From the IMG/VR virus record IMGVR_UViG_3300037466_002047: a DNA stretch of 36,382 nt. One strand, given 5' to 3'. Position numbers and translations under genes: made by a program. Source of the stretch: an uncultured virus (IMG/VR IMGVR_UViG_3300037466_002047) (taxonomy: Duplodnaviria > Heunggongvirae > Uroviricota > Caudoviricetes). Below, in pieces: positions 17,695 through 26,616 of the stretch (the stretch's first letter is position 1; every line of letters starts with the position of its first letter). The notes beneath the pieces were generated by a model. That model ran no database searches. It had not been told where the DNA came from and saw only the letters and a list, made by a program, of their open reading frames with translations.

Positions 17695-18012
17695 TCACGT
17701 CCCGTAGGTGAAGCGGACGCCTTCGCCGTTGACCGTGGCGTCAAGCCAGAAGTCGGATAGGTCGTCGCAGGGGAAGGTCACGTTATCGCCTGCCGCAAGA
17801 GACAGACCCGTGCCTGTCCCGGCAGTCGTGGACGCACTGACTGTGTTAGAGCCGCCGATGGCGATGTAGCCGGTGTTCGATCGATAAGCCTGGACCGTCA
17901 CCCACTTTGCAGCCGTGAGCGTTGACGCGAGCGGCACAGGCGTTCCAGCCGCCGTCACTTCCTTATGGCCATGATTAATCGATGTGGTGGCGTGATTGGC
18001 AACGACGGGCAT
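17695..18012 (-). CDS. Hypothetical beta-rich protein, possibly structural
   Basis: 105 aa, Thr/Ala/Gly-rich, between portal and SGNH genes. Confidence 0.7.
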   Translation of the reverse strand: MPVVANHATTSINHGHKEVTAAGTPVPLASTLTAAKWVTVQAYRSNTGYIAIGGSNTVSASTTAGTGTGLSLAAGDNVTFPCDDLSDFWLDATVNGEGVRFTYGT

Positions 18013-18021
18013 TTGAATATC

Positions 18022-20445
18022 CTATTGTATCGGTTGCTGCGGAGGCATGGGCGCGCCGAGTTGCGGGCGTGCATGAACCTGCGACATCAATTCCTCGATC
18101 ATGCCGCGCTGATGCGCGAGTTCGGCAGCCATCGCCTGCACCACGCCTGGATCGACGCCCTGCGGCTCGGTCTGCTTGGCGGCCGGCTTGGCCGCTGGCT
18201 GTGCCGGTTGTTCTGGCTGCATTGACTGACGCGCTTGCGCCGCGTGCTGCATCCCCTGCGCATGAGCGTCCATCATGTCGCTGTGCGCGTCGAACACGTC
18301 ACTGCGCGCCTTGGAATGGACTTCTAGTCGCTTCGCTTCAAGCTCAAGCTCTTTGATCTGCAAATTGATCTTGGCAACCTCTACCTGCGCATTGGCCTTC
18401 GCCACATCGGCCTGCTGCGCCGCGACCTCACCCGGAGGTGGCGGCGGCGGCCCTTGCGGCGGCGGCATCGGTGGTCCCGGCTCGGGCGGTTGCTGGATTT
18501 CACCAACGCCGGTCTGCTTGTGGGCAATGAGCGCCTGAATCGGCGGCGGCAGCATGACCTTGAGACGATCACCGATTTCCTGCGCCAACGGCCAGTCCTG
18601 CGCCTTGGCGTACAAATCAAGAATGAGCGGGGCGACCTCGGGAGCCGCCTGGATGAACTGCGCCATCCCCTCGCGGGCTTCATCGCGCTTAGTCGAATAG
18701 TCAGGTCCCGTGTGAACGATCACGTCATAGGCACCGACCGTCACGTCATTGAGCGTCATGCCCTGCGGCTTGGACTTGGCCGATACCTTCCGATCATCGT
18801 CCTGATAATCGGGGTCGATATCCAACCCTGAATTATCAACCGGCGCGCGGTCGTTTTCCGCCTCGTCCCCGATCACATCGTCCGGCAGGTCGGGAGAGAC
18901 GGTCGCCTTGTTGATTTGGACCGTCTGCACGGTCCCGTCCTCGCCGAGAACCTGCACCATGCGTTCGGTGTCGTAAACGTGCGGGATCAGATCGACCAGG
19001 ATGCGCCCGGTATGCCGCACCGCACGAGAGAAGTTGTGCGCGTAAGCGACCGTGCCAACATCGCCCTCCTGCTGGCGTGCCTTGATCGCAACCCCGGATG
19101 TTTCATTCGAGCGGGCACCGAGCGAAGCGTCATAAAGCCCAGTGATCTGCTTGATCGCCATTTGAGCGAGCTGAATGCCCTCGCTCAAGCCTGGGTTGGT
19201 CGAAACAGCCTGGTTGCGCTGCGGTGGGGCGTTGCCATTCTTCGGGTCGGGCGTATAGCGCAGATACGGCCAGTTAACCTCGTTGGCCTGCGACCACTCG
19301 TTCTCGAATTCCTCGAAATTCTTTTCCGTACCGAGCCATGGCGCTTTCGGAGCAAGGGCGTCCAATTCCGTCTTGGTCGAGACGTTGTAGTTGAACATCC
19401 GCTGAGCGTCTTTCGCTTTGCGGATAATGCCCTGCCGGACGATCTTGCGGCCGATCCTGATTTCCTCGCCCACCACAGGCACGATCGGGAACATGCGGCC
19501 CGACCATTCTTCCGGCTCCTCCAGAATATTGCCGATGGTAATGACAGAGCGGTAAATCTTATGCCCGTCGCGCATCTCCACGCGGGCACCTTTCGCCTTG
19601 AGTTCTGCAATCTCATCGTCGGTCGCGTCGGTCAGATCATCGATCGATCCGTCCGGCAGGCATGCAAGCCTGCGCTTGGCCGGCTTCTTCTCCCAGTACT
19701 CGCCAATCCGGATTGTATCGCCCGTGAACCAATACTCGTGAAAGCGTCGGTCGAACGAGGTAAATTCCTCAACGGGAACGTTTGGATATTGCTTCTTGAA
19801 CTTCTCTCGGCTGATGTCGATGGGGACAAAGCACCACATCGCGTCTTCTTTTGTCGGCAGCTTCGCGTCCGGGTCCCACAGCACCGCAACCCCGTCATCG
19901 ATCTGGGTAATGCGGATTTCCTGATTGAACGTGGTTTCCTCGGCATATTCGGTCGTAACGCGCCAATGGCCAATGCCGCATGAGACTTGGCTGTCCGCTC
20001 CGATGGCGTAGGCGGACTGTGCTTCCGACCTGTTCTCGATGTAGCGGATCATACCGCTGATGAGTTCGGCAACGGGCTTTTTACCACGCGCATCGACCGG
20101 GATCACCTTGATCGCCGGATGCATGAGCCGCATGTCGCCCGTCACCTGACGAACGAACTGGCCCATCATGTCGATGGTCAGGATCGGTCGCTTTTGGGCC
20201 TCTCGCTGCTGCTTGGCGTAGGCTGGCCATTGGTCGCCTGCCAGAAATTCCAAATCCTCGTAGGCGGCCTCAATGTTTGGCCGCTCGACCTGATAGGCCG
20301 AATGCACGCGCTCCATCGCGTCCGACAGGAATTCGCTGTCGATCTTCTTGGCCGACTTGGCCTCTGTGGCCTTCGGCAGTTCTTTCTTGAAGATGCCGCC
20401 GAGAAAGCCCTTGGGCTTTTTCTTGGGCGTGTCGTCGTCGGCCAT
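18022..20445 (-). CDS. Portal protein, P22-like
   Basis: DLEFLAGDQW, KDAQRMFNY and SNETSGVAIKARQQEG motifs; start at 20445 by TAATG overlap. Confidence 0.93.
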   Translation of the reverse strand: MADDDTPKKKPKGFLGGIFKKELPKATEAKSAKKIDSEFLSDAMERVHSAYQVERPNIEAAYEDLEFLAGDQWPAYAKQQREAQKRPILTIDMMGQFVRQVTGDMRLMHPAIKVIPVDARGKKPVAELISGMIRYIENRSEAQSAYAIGADSQVSCGIGHWRVTTEYAEETTFNQEIRITQIDDGVAVLWDPDAKLPTKEDAMWCFVPIDISREKFKKQYPNVPVEEFTSFDRRFHEYWFTGDTIRIGEYWEKKPAKRRLACLPDGSIDDLTDATDDEIAELKAKGARVEMRDGHKIYRSVITIGNILEEPEEWSGRMFPIVPVVGEEIRIGRKIVRQGIIRKAKDAQRMFNYNVSTKTELDALAPKAPWLGTEKNFEEFENEWSQANEVNWPYLRYTPDPKNGNAPPQRNQAVSTNPGLSEGIQLAQMAIKQITGLYDASLGARSNETSGVAIKARQQEGDVGTVAYAHNFSRAVRHTGRILVDLIPHVYDTERMVQVLGEDGTVQTVQINKATVSPDLPDDVIGDEAENDRAPVDNSGLDIDPDYQDDDRKVSAKSKPQGMTLNDVTVGAYDVIVHTGPDYSTKRDEAREGMAQFIQAAPEVAPLILDLYAKAQDWPLAQEIGDRLKVMLPPPIQALIAHKQTGVGEIQQPPEPGPPMPPPQGPPPPPPGEVAAQQADVAKANAQVEVAKINLQIKELELEAKRLEVHSKARSDVFDAHSDMMDAHAQGMQHAAQARQSMQPEQPAQPAAKPAAKQTEPQGVDPGVVQAMAAELAHQRGMIEELMSQVHARPQLGAPMPPQQPIQ

Positions 20446-21755
20446 TATGAGCCCATCCAAGAAACAGCCATGCCGCCATTCATGTTGATCGATCGGCTGC
20501 GCTTCGGCATGACGTTGGCGACCTGATCCAATCCCATGGCGATATAGCGGAATGAGTCGGCCCCGTGGCTCGTCCAGTCGTGAACCGGATGAGCACGCAG
20601 GGCTTGCAGCTTGTCGTCAAAGTCGGCGTGGTAGAGTTTCAGCGCCTCGATGCCGCGCGCACACTTGGCCGCGTCAAACCAGCATTTCGGCAGAAACACG
20701 CGAACCGCGTTAATCCCATCCTCAACACGGTGCATCGCCGCCACAGTGAGATTCTTGAGTCCGAGGCTTTCCAGAACCTCAAGGCGACTCTTTCCCGTCC
20801 CCAACTCTTTGGCTTGTGCGTCGTGTGGAACGATGTGGCCGCCGTAGTTGTACGGCTTGTTATTGATCTCACGAGCATAATGGCCAAGATCAACGCCACT
20901 GGCCTCGTAATAGTCGATAATGCGAACCTCGCGGCCGACCACCTGAGCGAACCAGATTGCCGTGGCATCGCGAATGCCTAAGTCCCACGATGTCCAGACC
21001 AGCGAGACCGGATCGTATGGCACGCCAGTGATGCGCTTGTCCGTCTCGGCCTGCTGCATCAGCTTGCCGTAGTAGGCACCGACGACAGCGGCCTCGAACG
21101 AGCACTCGAATTCCTGCGCGTACTGTTCCTCGCTTAAGCCCTTGCGGAGGTCTGCCAACTCGGCGTCGGGAATAACCCCGGTCTCGCTCGCCTTGAGCGT
21201 AAGCCGAAAGAACGTGGGATCGAGCGACCCATCCTCTAGCCGGTCAATCTTGTAGAACCAGTCCCGGCCCCGCGGCGTGCCGATGAAGGTTGCGCCGCCA
21301 TTGAAATCCGCCAGCGTCGGCCTGATGACTTCCGGCCATGCCCGAGGATCAATCTGCGCTGGCTCGTCTATCGTCACGTCGTCGTTGTAAAGGCCGCGCA
21401 TGCGCTCGTAGTTGTCGGCACCGTACAGCCTGACCCGAGCGGCGTTCGGGTACTCAATCCAGAGCTCGGATTCACTGACCTTGATGCCGGGGATCGGGGC
21501 CGAATAGTGCTTGAGGTATGCCCACGCCACGTCCTTGGCCTGGCTGTAGGTTGGCGCGATATAGGAATAACGCGGCGGCGGGTGCTGCCGATTGTTTTGC
21601 AGCGCGGCCCGAATCTTGTCGTTGAGGCAGCCGACTGTCTTACCGAAACGGCGATGGGCTACGATCTTGGCGAAACGTTCGGTACGGTTGTGGTACGGCG
21701 TGAACTGAGGCCGCGGCGTGTACGGGATTACGATGCGCTTGGCGGTCCCGCCCAT
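20445..21755 (-). CDS. terL: Terminase large subunit
   Basis: HRRFGKT Walker A, TIDE Walker B, FIGTPRG, WDLG and HGADSFRY nuclease motifs. Confidence 0.95.
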   Translation of the reverse strand: MGGTAKRIVIPYTPRPQFTPYHNRTERFAKIVAHRRFGKTVGCLNDKIRAALQNNRQHPPPRYSYIAPTYSQAKDVAWAYLKHYSAPIPGIKVSESELWIEYPNAARVRLYGADNYERMRGLYNDDVTIDEPAQIDPRAWPEVIRPTLADFNGGATFIGTPRGRDWFYKIDRLEDGSLDPTFFRLTLKASETGVIPDAELADLRKGLSEEQYAQEFECSFEAAVVGAYYGKLMQQAETDKRITGVPYDPVSLVWTSWDLGIRDATAIWFAQVVGREVRIIDYYEASGVDLGHYAREINNKPYNYGGHIVPHDAQAKELGTGKSRLEVLESLGLKNLTVAAMHRVEDGINAVRVFLPKCWFDAAKCARGIEALKLYHADFDDKLQALRAHPVHDWTSHGADSFRYIAMGLDQVANVMPKRSRSINMNGGMAVSWMGS

Positions 21756-22171
21756 GTAACCTCAAGTTTCACAGGGCCGTCGCCGTCAGCGCCAGCATGT
21801 TGAATCTTATCGCCGTACTTCTTCGGCGCGAGCTTGGACATCAGCCATTTCCGAGTATCAACCCGGAGCCTGGAGCGCCCGATGACCTCTTGATCCGTCC
21901 GCACGTTCCCGTTGTCATCGGTGTACGTGTCGCTGCTGCCATCGTCGGCAATCTCGACTATTTCCTCGGCCCAGTAATCGGCCTGCGCCTCACGCGCACG
22001 CGCGTATTGGTCGCGGAATTCCTGGCGAGCAGCCAACCACCTGAATACAGTGGCCTTATCCGGCATATCGTCGGCATTGCAGATTGATCGCAGCGATTGG
22101 CCGTCAGCCAGTTTGGAGCAGATCGTATCCGCCACGTCCTGGGTGAACTCAGACGGCCGACCCGCAGTCAC
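21728..22171 (-). CDS. terS: Terminase small subunit (Sf6-like)
   Basis: GRPSEFT...ICSKLADGQSLRSIC...RVDTRKWLMSKLAPKKYGD. Confidence 0.9.
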   Translation of the reverse strand: MTAGRPSEFTQDVADTICSKLADGQSLRSICNADDMPDKATVFRWLAARQEFRDQYARAREAQADYWAEEIVEIADDGSSDTYTDDNGNVRTDQEVIGRSRLRVDTRKWLMSKLAPKKYGDKIQHAGADGDGPVKLEVTWAGPPSAS

Positions 22172-22380
22172 TTGCCGAGCTTCCTGTCCGCCTTGGCATC
22201 AATCTTCGCCTTGGCTGAGGCCGACAGCCTGCCCCTGTTGAACATCTCAGAGGCGCGGGCCTTCGCATTTCGGGCGTGAGATTTGTCGGGCATTGGATAC
22301 TTGCGCGAGCCGGGCAGGCCGAAGTCGGAGGCCGGCAGTTGCTTTCGGCCCATTGAGGAGAGAACGGCCATTGGATTCAC
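22168..22380 (-). CDS. Small basic hypothetical protein
   Basis: RKYPMPDKSHARNAKARAS; coupled to terS. Confidence 0.75.
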   Translation of the reverse strand: MNPMAVLSSMGRKQLPASDFGLPGSRKYPMPDKSHARNAKARASEMFNRGRLSASAKAKIDAKADRKLGK

Positions 22381-22550
22381 CTTGGGTTTGGTGGCCTGCC
22401 TACAGGGCGCGTTTTGGGCAGCTTGTGGGTCTCCTTCGCTAACCGAGCGATGAGACGTAGCGCCCTGACGAGATCGGCGCGACTGATTGGGCCTTGCGGT
22501 TCGGCGGCCATTGTCTCGGCAGCCTGGACGATGGATTCAAATTCGCTCAT
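22377..22550 (-). CDS. Hypothetical protein
   Basis: Start MSEFES at 22550; overlapping start/stop junctions at both ends. Confidence 0.55.
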   Translation of the reverse strand: MSEFESIVQAAETMAAEPQGPISRADLVRALRLIARLAKETHKLPKTRPVGRPPNPR

Positions 22551-22645
22551 TTTGCCTTCGGCCGATCGAACAGGACCGATCTCAGCACCCACGGCTTGCC
22601 GTTGATGATGACGTGCTCGACGGTTTCAGATGCGACGGGCGGCAT
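22547..22645 (-). CDS. 32-aa first late-operon ORF (MPPVASETVEHVIINGKPWVLRSVLFDRPKAK)
   Basis: GAGG RBS; ATGA overlap with the next gene; below the ORF track cutoff. Confidence 0.4.
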   Translation of the reverse strand: MPPVASETVEHVIINGKPWVLRSVLFDRPKAK

Positions 22646-22732
22646 GCTGGCCTCGGAAATGAAAAACCCAGCCGGGCGGGGCGGGGCGCAAATCACTTGA
22701 TTGTAGCGATTTGACCATATTCTGCCCGCGCG

Positions 22733-23284
22733 TCAATAGCGCAATCGCTTCGGCGGCGCATATCCCCAATGAATTGCCATCCGCTCCAGACACTCCCGAA
22801 AGCGCGTGCCGAGATATTCAGTTTCCCGCTTTGTGGTCACCCCCCATGCTTGTGCGACCTGCGTCACCATCAGTCCGCGACCGAGCACAGCACGGATTAA
22901 GGCCCCGCCATCCTCGCCAAGTACGCGATAGACGGCATTCAGCGAGCGGAATGCATGTATCTGCTCATCCGTGATTGGCTCAGGGAATTTGCCGCCATCA
23001 ACTGCTTCCTTGCCGGGGTCGATCGCGCTCGCCGCGCCAATTTCGGCGGCCTCATATAATCTCTGCCAATGCCGGCCGGCGGCTAGTTGAGCCGTGTCGA
23101 TCTTGCTGCGGATGTATAGACGGGCCAAAGGGTCGTCACGGATGGAGCGCGTGACACGCAGCATCGCCCCTCGCTCTAGAGGATCGGCAACCGTATCAGG
23201 CGCGACCTGCGCGTTGATCGGGAGGTCGATCGACTGCCGGTCGTATACTTTCTCCTGCACCTGCATTCGCTTTGCCCTTGGCAT
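22733..23284 (-). CDS. Putative late transcription regulator (Q-position, C-terminal HTH)
   Basis: Last early gene before the packaging genes; C-terminal HTH-like GLMVTQVAQAWG...RFRECLERMA. Confidence 0.65.
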   Translation of the reverse strand: MPRAKRMQVQEKVYDRQSIDLPINAQVAPDTVADPLERGAMLRVTRSIRDDPLARLYIRSKIDTAQLAAGRHWQRLYEAAEIGAASAIDPGKEAVDGGKFPEPITDEQIHAFRSLNAVYRVLGEDGGALIRAVLGRGLMVTQVAQAWGVTTKRETEYLGTRFRECLERMAIHWGYAPPKRLRY

Positions 23285-23473
23285 TTATGGCCTCTGCTTT
23301 CGTGTCTCGGCTGCTTTCGCGCGCGAGAGCTGACGCTTCCATAAAGGTCGTTCAAAGGTCTTTTGACGGGCCGTTTTCAACCGCTTTCCGGCGCAGCGGG
23401 AACGGCGCGCAGAAGCGCCCTCTTTGCTCGAACCGAGGTCGATTTCCTCCAAATCGTCAAACTCGCTCATCAT
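23285..23473 (-). CDS. Small basic hypothetical protein
   Basis: GGAGG RBS and ATGA overlap with the replication gene. Confidence 0.5.
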   Translation of the reverse strand: MMSEFDDLEEIDLGSSKEGASARRSRCAGKRLKTARQKTFERPLWKRQLSRAKAAETRKQRP

Positions 23474-24126
23474 GCGGCCTCCCCTAGCGCGGAAAACCAT
23501 TTCCCTCCGTGCGCATTCGGTTGAGGCTCTTGTTTGTGGACAGATCGATAGTCAGCCGCGTAAGCCTCCCACTCCGAAGTGTTTTTTTCGATGTACACCC
23601 ACTTCTTGTCGCTCGACACAGCGCAATGCTTGGGTGGGGTCCAACCCTTAGACTTCACATCTTCACAAAATTTCCTCTGTGAAGATGTATTAGGTAAATG
23701 GGTTGAGGAGGGTTGGTCTGCCTCTGCTTCTGTCTCTGTCTCTGCTTCTGCTTCTGTCTCTGGAGGTGTTACAGTAACGGCCTCTGTAACGTTACACTCG
23801 GCGTTACGCTTGCGTTCCCGATGGCGTTTCACGCGGTCATTTGAAATGTCACTCTTATACTGGCGTTCGTCCCAGTCGTGCGGGCGGAAGTAACCGCCAT
23901 CGACCGGATCAAGTAACGCTCTCTTTGAGAGGGCCGCGATAATCAAAGCCGCCTTTGCATCCGTCATCCGCAAGCAAAAGGACACCTCCGCAAGGCTTGG
24001 AATCACGCCGCCGTGCTTCGACGCAATGCAAAGGATGTTCACCCAATGCTTAAACAGATCGGGAGGGAGAGATTGCACCTTCCGATTGTTTAAGGAGTCG
24101 TCGTAGAAGCGAAACCAGCGGCTCAT
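23470..24126 (-). CDS. Phage replication initiator / replisome organizer
   Basis: MSRWFRFYDD N-terminus, HDWDERQ..S.DRVKRHRERK motif, ETEAE linker. Confidence 0.75.
   Translation of the reverse strand: MSRWFRFYDDSLNNRKVQSLPPDLFKHWVNILCIASKHGGVIPSLAEVSFCLRMTDAKAALIIAALSKRALLDPVDGGYFRPHDWDERQYKSDISNDRVKRHRERKRNAECNVTEAVTVTPPETEAEAETETEAEADQPSSTHLPNTSSQRKFCEDVKSKGWTPPKHCAVSSDKKWVYIEKNTSEWEAYAADYRSVHKQEPQPNAHGGKWFSALGEAA
23653..23807. repeat. Probable replication origin repeats inside the replication gene
   Basis: 11-bp inverted repeat ACATCTTCACA/TGTGAAGATGT (23657-23688), TCTGYY hexamer run, five GTTAC/GTAAC including the palindrome TGTAACGTTACA. Confidence 0.5.
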
Positions 24127-24133
24127 AGTCCCC

Positions 24134-24379
24134 TCAGATCATCCCGAGTGCGTGCATGTAGGTTTCAAGGACGGATTCTTCCGCGCGCCGCTTTTCATCG
24201 TCCTGCGAACGCATTCGGACAATCGCGCGGAGGGCCTTCACGTCGAAGCCGTTGCTCTTAGCTTCGGCGTACACATCGCGAATGTCGGATACCGTCGCCT
24301 TCTTCTCCTCCTCAAGCCGTTCGACGCGCTCCACAATCGACTTGAGTTGTTCGCGGCTGTTGTTTCCAATTTCAGTCAT
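24134..24379 (-). CDS. gapR: GapR-like nucleoid-associated protein (DUF2312)
   Basis: QLKSIVERVERLEEEKK...IRDVYAEAKSNGFDVKALRAIVRMR...LETYMHALGM; GGAGG RBS. Confidence 0.92.
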   Translation of the reverse strand: MTEIGNNSREQLKSIVERVERLEEEKKATVSDIRDVYAEAKSNGFDVKALRAIVRMRSQDDEKRRAEESVLETYMHALGMI

Positions 24380-25031
24380 GTGACCTCCGATTCCTTCCCT
24401 TGAGTTCACCCTTTGGAAATTCGCGATAGACCGCCAGCGCCTCGTTGACCCATTGAAGGAGCGTCGCGTCTGCCGGCAGTTTGGCGCGCACGGCATCCTC
24501 GACCGGCTTCATCTTGCGCAGGGCGTGCAGGACAGTCGTATGGTCCCTGCCGGCGAAGTGTCGTCCGATGCTGGGAAGGCTTTCGAGGGTCAGCGCCTTA
24601 CACAGCATCATGCAGAGCTGACGCGGGACAACGATGTCAGGTGTGCGGCGATGTGAGAGCAGGTCAAGCCGCCGAACGCCTGAGACAGCGCAAAAAACGG
24701 ACTGAACTTCCCTGATCGGGATGCCCTTTTTCTCGACCGCGGCAGCGCGCGTGTCGTTTTGATAGGTGACGATAAGCGTGCTGCGAATTTCGGCTAGACG
24801 GTCCTCCAGGCTTTTCTCTGGTGGCTCCGCCAGATGCTTCGCGCGCTCCTTGCGCTCTTTTTCACGGAGGGCCTTAGCCATGGGGCCGTCAACGCCGAAT
24901 GTCGGACGCTGAATGCTGATACCGCGATCTGGCACCGCGCGCGCTCCTAGCCTGCGCAGCCGTTCCATGCGCTCCCTATGCGCCTGGATTTGCATCGGCG
25001 ACTGATATTCAATGGCTTCCACGTAGCTCAT
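24372..25031 (-). CDS. Protein with a DnaA C-terminal (domain IV) DNA-binding domain
   Basis: RRTPDIVVPRQLCMMLCK...SLPSIGRHFAGRDHTTVLHALRK signature; no AAA+ domain. Confidence 0.88.
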   Translation of the reverse strand: MSYVEAIEYQSPMQIQAHRERMERLRRLGARAVPDRGISIQRPTFGVDGPMAKALREKERKERAKHLAEPPEKSLEDRLAEIRSTLIVTYQNDTRAAAVEKKGIPIREVQSVFCAVSGVRRLDLLSHRRTPDIVVPRQLCMMLCKALTLESLPSIGRHFAGRDHTTVLHALRKMKPVEDAVRAKLPADATLLQWVNEALAVYREFPKGELKGRNRRSHD

Positions 25032-25054
25032 TCCTTACCCCTGTGCTTGCGTAG

Positions 25055-25762
25055 TCACAGCATGGCCTCTTGTTTGAGAGGCTTTGGCTGTTCGATGAAC
25101 ATGTCCGGCTGTTTTAGCGCGTCGGAAATGCGCCAGCACGCGATGTCGAAATACTTGGGCTCGATCTCTATGCCGATGAACTTGCGGCCGAGCTTGACGG
25201 CGGCAACGCCGGTTGTGCCGGAGCCCATGAAGGGGTCGAGGATGGCCTGTTCCGGCTCCGTCGTCTCTCCAAGAACCCACTCCATGACTGCGATTGGCTT
25301 TTGGGTGGGATGGACGCGCGGGATGCCCTTTTCCGAGTCCCGCATCATCCCGTTCCAGTAGTGATTTATCAGCCGCGCCACTCCGCCCTTGTTCGTCCAA
25401 ACCAGCTCGCAATCCGCGAAGTCGTTGCGCGTGAATCCCTTGCGCTTGTCCCAAACAAGCCATTTCGACGCTGCAGGAAGTTTGTCGGCAAAATGGTTCG
25501 CACCGAAAAGAACAGCCACGTGTGCTAAGCCGAGCAACGGGCGTGGATCAAATGGCTCGTCGTCGCCCCTGATCGGCACGCCGTTGAACTTTGAGACGTA
25601 TCGCCCGCCCCCAATGCCATCCCCGCCTTCACCATGCACAAATCCGATTCCGTACGGCGGATCGGTCACGACTGCATCGACCTTGCCGAGCGTCGGCAAA
25701 ATCTCCCTGCAATCGCCCAAATGTAGGGTCACGCCTTCGGCTAGTGTTTCGACGCGACTCAT
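25055..25762 (-). CDS. Orphan N6/N4 DNA methyltransferase, beta-class motif order
   Basis: TDPPYG precedes HPTQKP and LDPFMGSGTT. Confidence 0.93.
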   Translation of the reverse strand: MSRVETLAEGVTLHLGDCREILPTLGKVDAVVTDPPYGIGFVHGEGGDGIGGGRYVSKFNGVPIRGDDEPFDPRPLLGLAHVAVLFGANHFADKLPAASKWLVWDKRKGFTRNDFADCELVWTNKGGVARLINHYWNGMMRDSEKGIPRVHPTQKPIAVMEWVLGETTEPEQAILDPFMGSGTTGVAAVKLGRKFIGIEIEPKYFDIACWRISDALKQPDMFIEQPKPLKQEAML

Positions 25763-25893
25763 CGAGCCTCGCAGCATTTGAATGTCGCCACGAAGCAGAT
25801 CACGTTGTCGCCGCGGATAGCGTGAAACGAGCATTGCCAGCCGCAGCGCATGTAATCCTCAACCTCGTGCTGGGTGATGTATCGAGCGATCAT
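25759..25893 (-). CDS. 44-aa Cys-rich hypothetical protein
   Basis: MIARYITQHEVEDYMRCGWQCSF...; ATGA overlaps at both ends. Confidence 0.5.
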   Translation of the reverse strand: MIARYITQHEVEDYMRCGWQCSFHAIRGDNVICFVATFKCCEAR

Positions 25894-26177
25894 TTCACGA
25901 CCTCCGCACTATTCGACACGACCAACTCCAATTTCGGCTTGTCGCTCGGAACGACACCCGATTTCAGGAGTTCGTTGACATAGGCGAGCGCGGCCATGTG
26001 CCCTTCAAAGCACGACAAAGCCGTCATGTTCGCGGCAATGCGCCCGCGCAAAATCTCGCCCGCTTTTTCAGCGTTGAGATTAATGGCCGTCTTGGCGCGG
26101 TAAGCCTCCAGGCTCGCCGCTGCTTCGCGTGTGTGTTGGGCCATCGTTTGCGCGCCCCACCCGTCGCGCAGACGCAT
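25890..26177 (-). CDS. Hypothetical protein
   Basis: ORF fitting the operon; start uncertain. Confidence 0.55.
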   Translation of the reverse strand: MRLRDGWGAQTMAQHTREAAASLEAYRAKTAINLNAEKAGEILRGRIAANMTALSCFEGHMAALAYVNELLKSGVVPSDKPKLELVVSNSAEVVK

Positions 26178-26240
26178 TACATTCTTACAGTTGCCGCTCG
26201 ATCTCAGGCGGCTTGAGACGCAGGGAGGTACAAAGAGCTG

Positions 26241-26408
26241 TTAGTCGAGTATGAGAAGTTTGACGGCTGAGACTGTCCAGAAGAACGCGACAACCCACCA
26301 AAGCCAAACCGAGTCCGGGAAGAACAAATCCTGCGGCTGATTGCCGACCGCCTTGTTTGCGCAGTCGAGCGCGACGATCCCGCAGGCAATGGCCCCAGTC
26401 AGCCGCAT
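26241..26408 (-). CDS. 55-aa membrane protein
   Basis: MRLTGAIACGIVALDC...VWLWWVVAFFWTVSAVKLLILD; fills the operon gap. Confidence 0.5.
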   Translation of the reverse strand: MRLTGAIACGIVALDCANKAVGNQPQDLFFPDSVWLWWVVAFFWTVSAVKLLILD

Positions 26409-26416
26409 TTCATTTT

Positions 26417-26611
26417 CTATTCCGGCTTTGCTTCTTCAGCGCCGTCGTCCAGGGTGACGGTGAAGGCGGGGCCGTCATAGCTGTTCGGATCGTTCGCAAC
26501 GTCCATGACGATGTGGCTCTCCTTAAATGTCGCATCAAGGTACATTTGGAGAGCGGCGATCACGGTCGCCTTGTTCAGTTTCAGTGTCGTTTTTCCCTTC
26601 AGCATTTCCAT
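26417..26611 (-). CDS. Hypothetical protein
   Basis: AGGGGG RBS; operon context. Confidence 0.65.
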   Translation of the reverse strand: MEMLKGKTTLKLNKATVIAALQMYLDATFKESHIVMDVANDPNSYDGPAFTVTLDDGAEEAKPE

Positions 26612-26616
26612 TCCCC

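Noticed and set aside
18916..19983. 355-aa plus-strand ORF
   Set aside because: Antisense shadow of the portal gene
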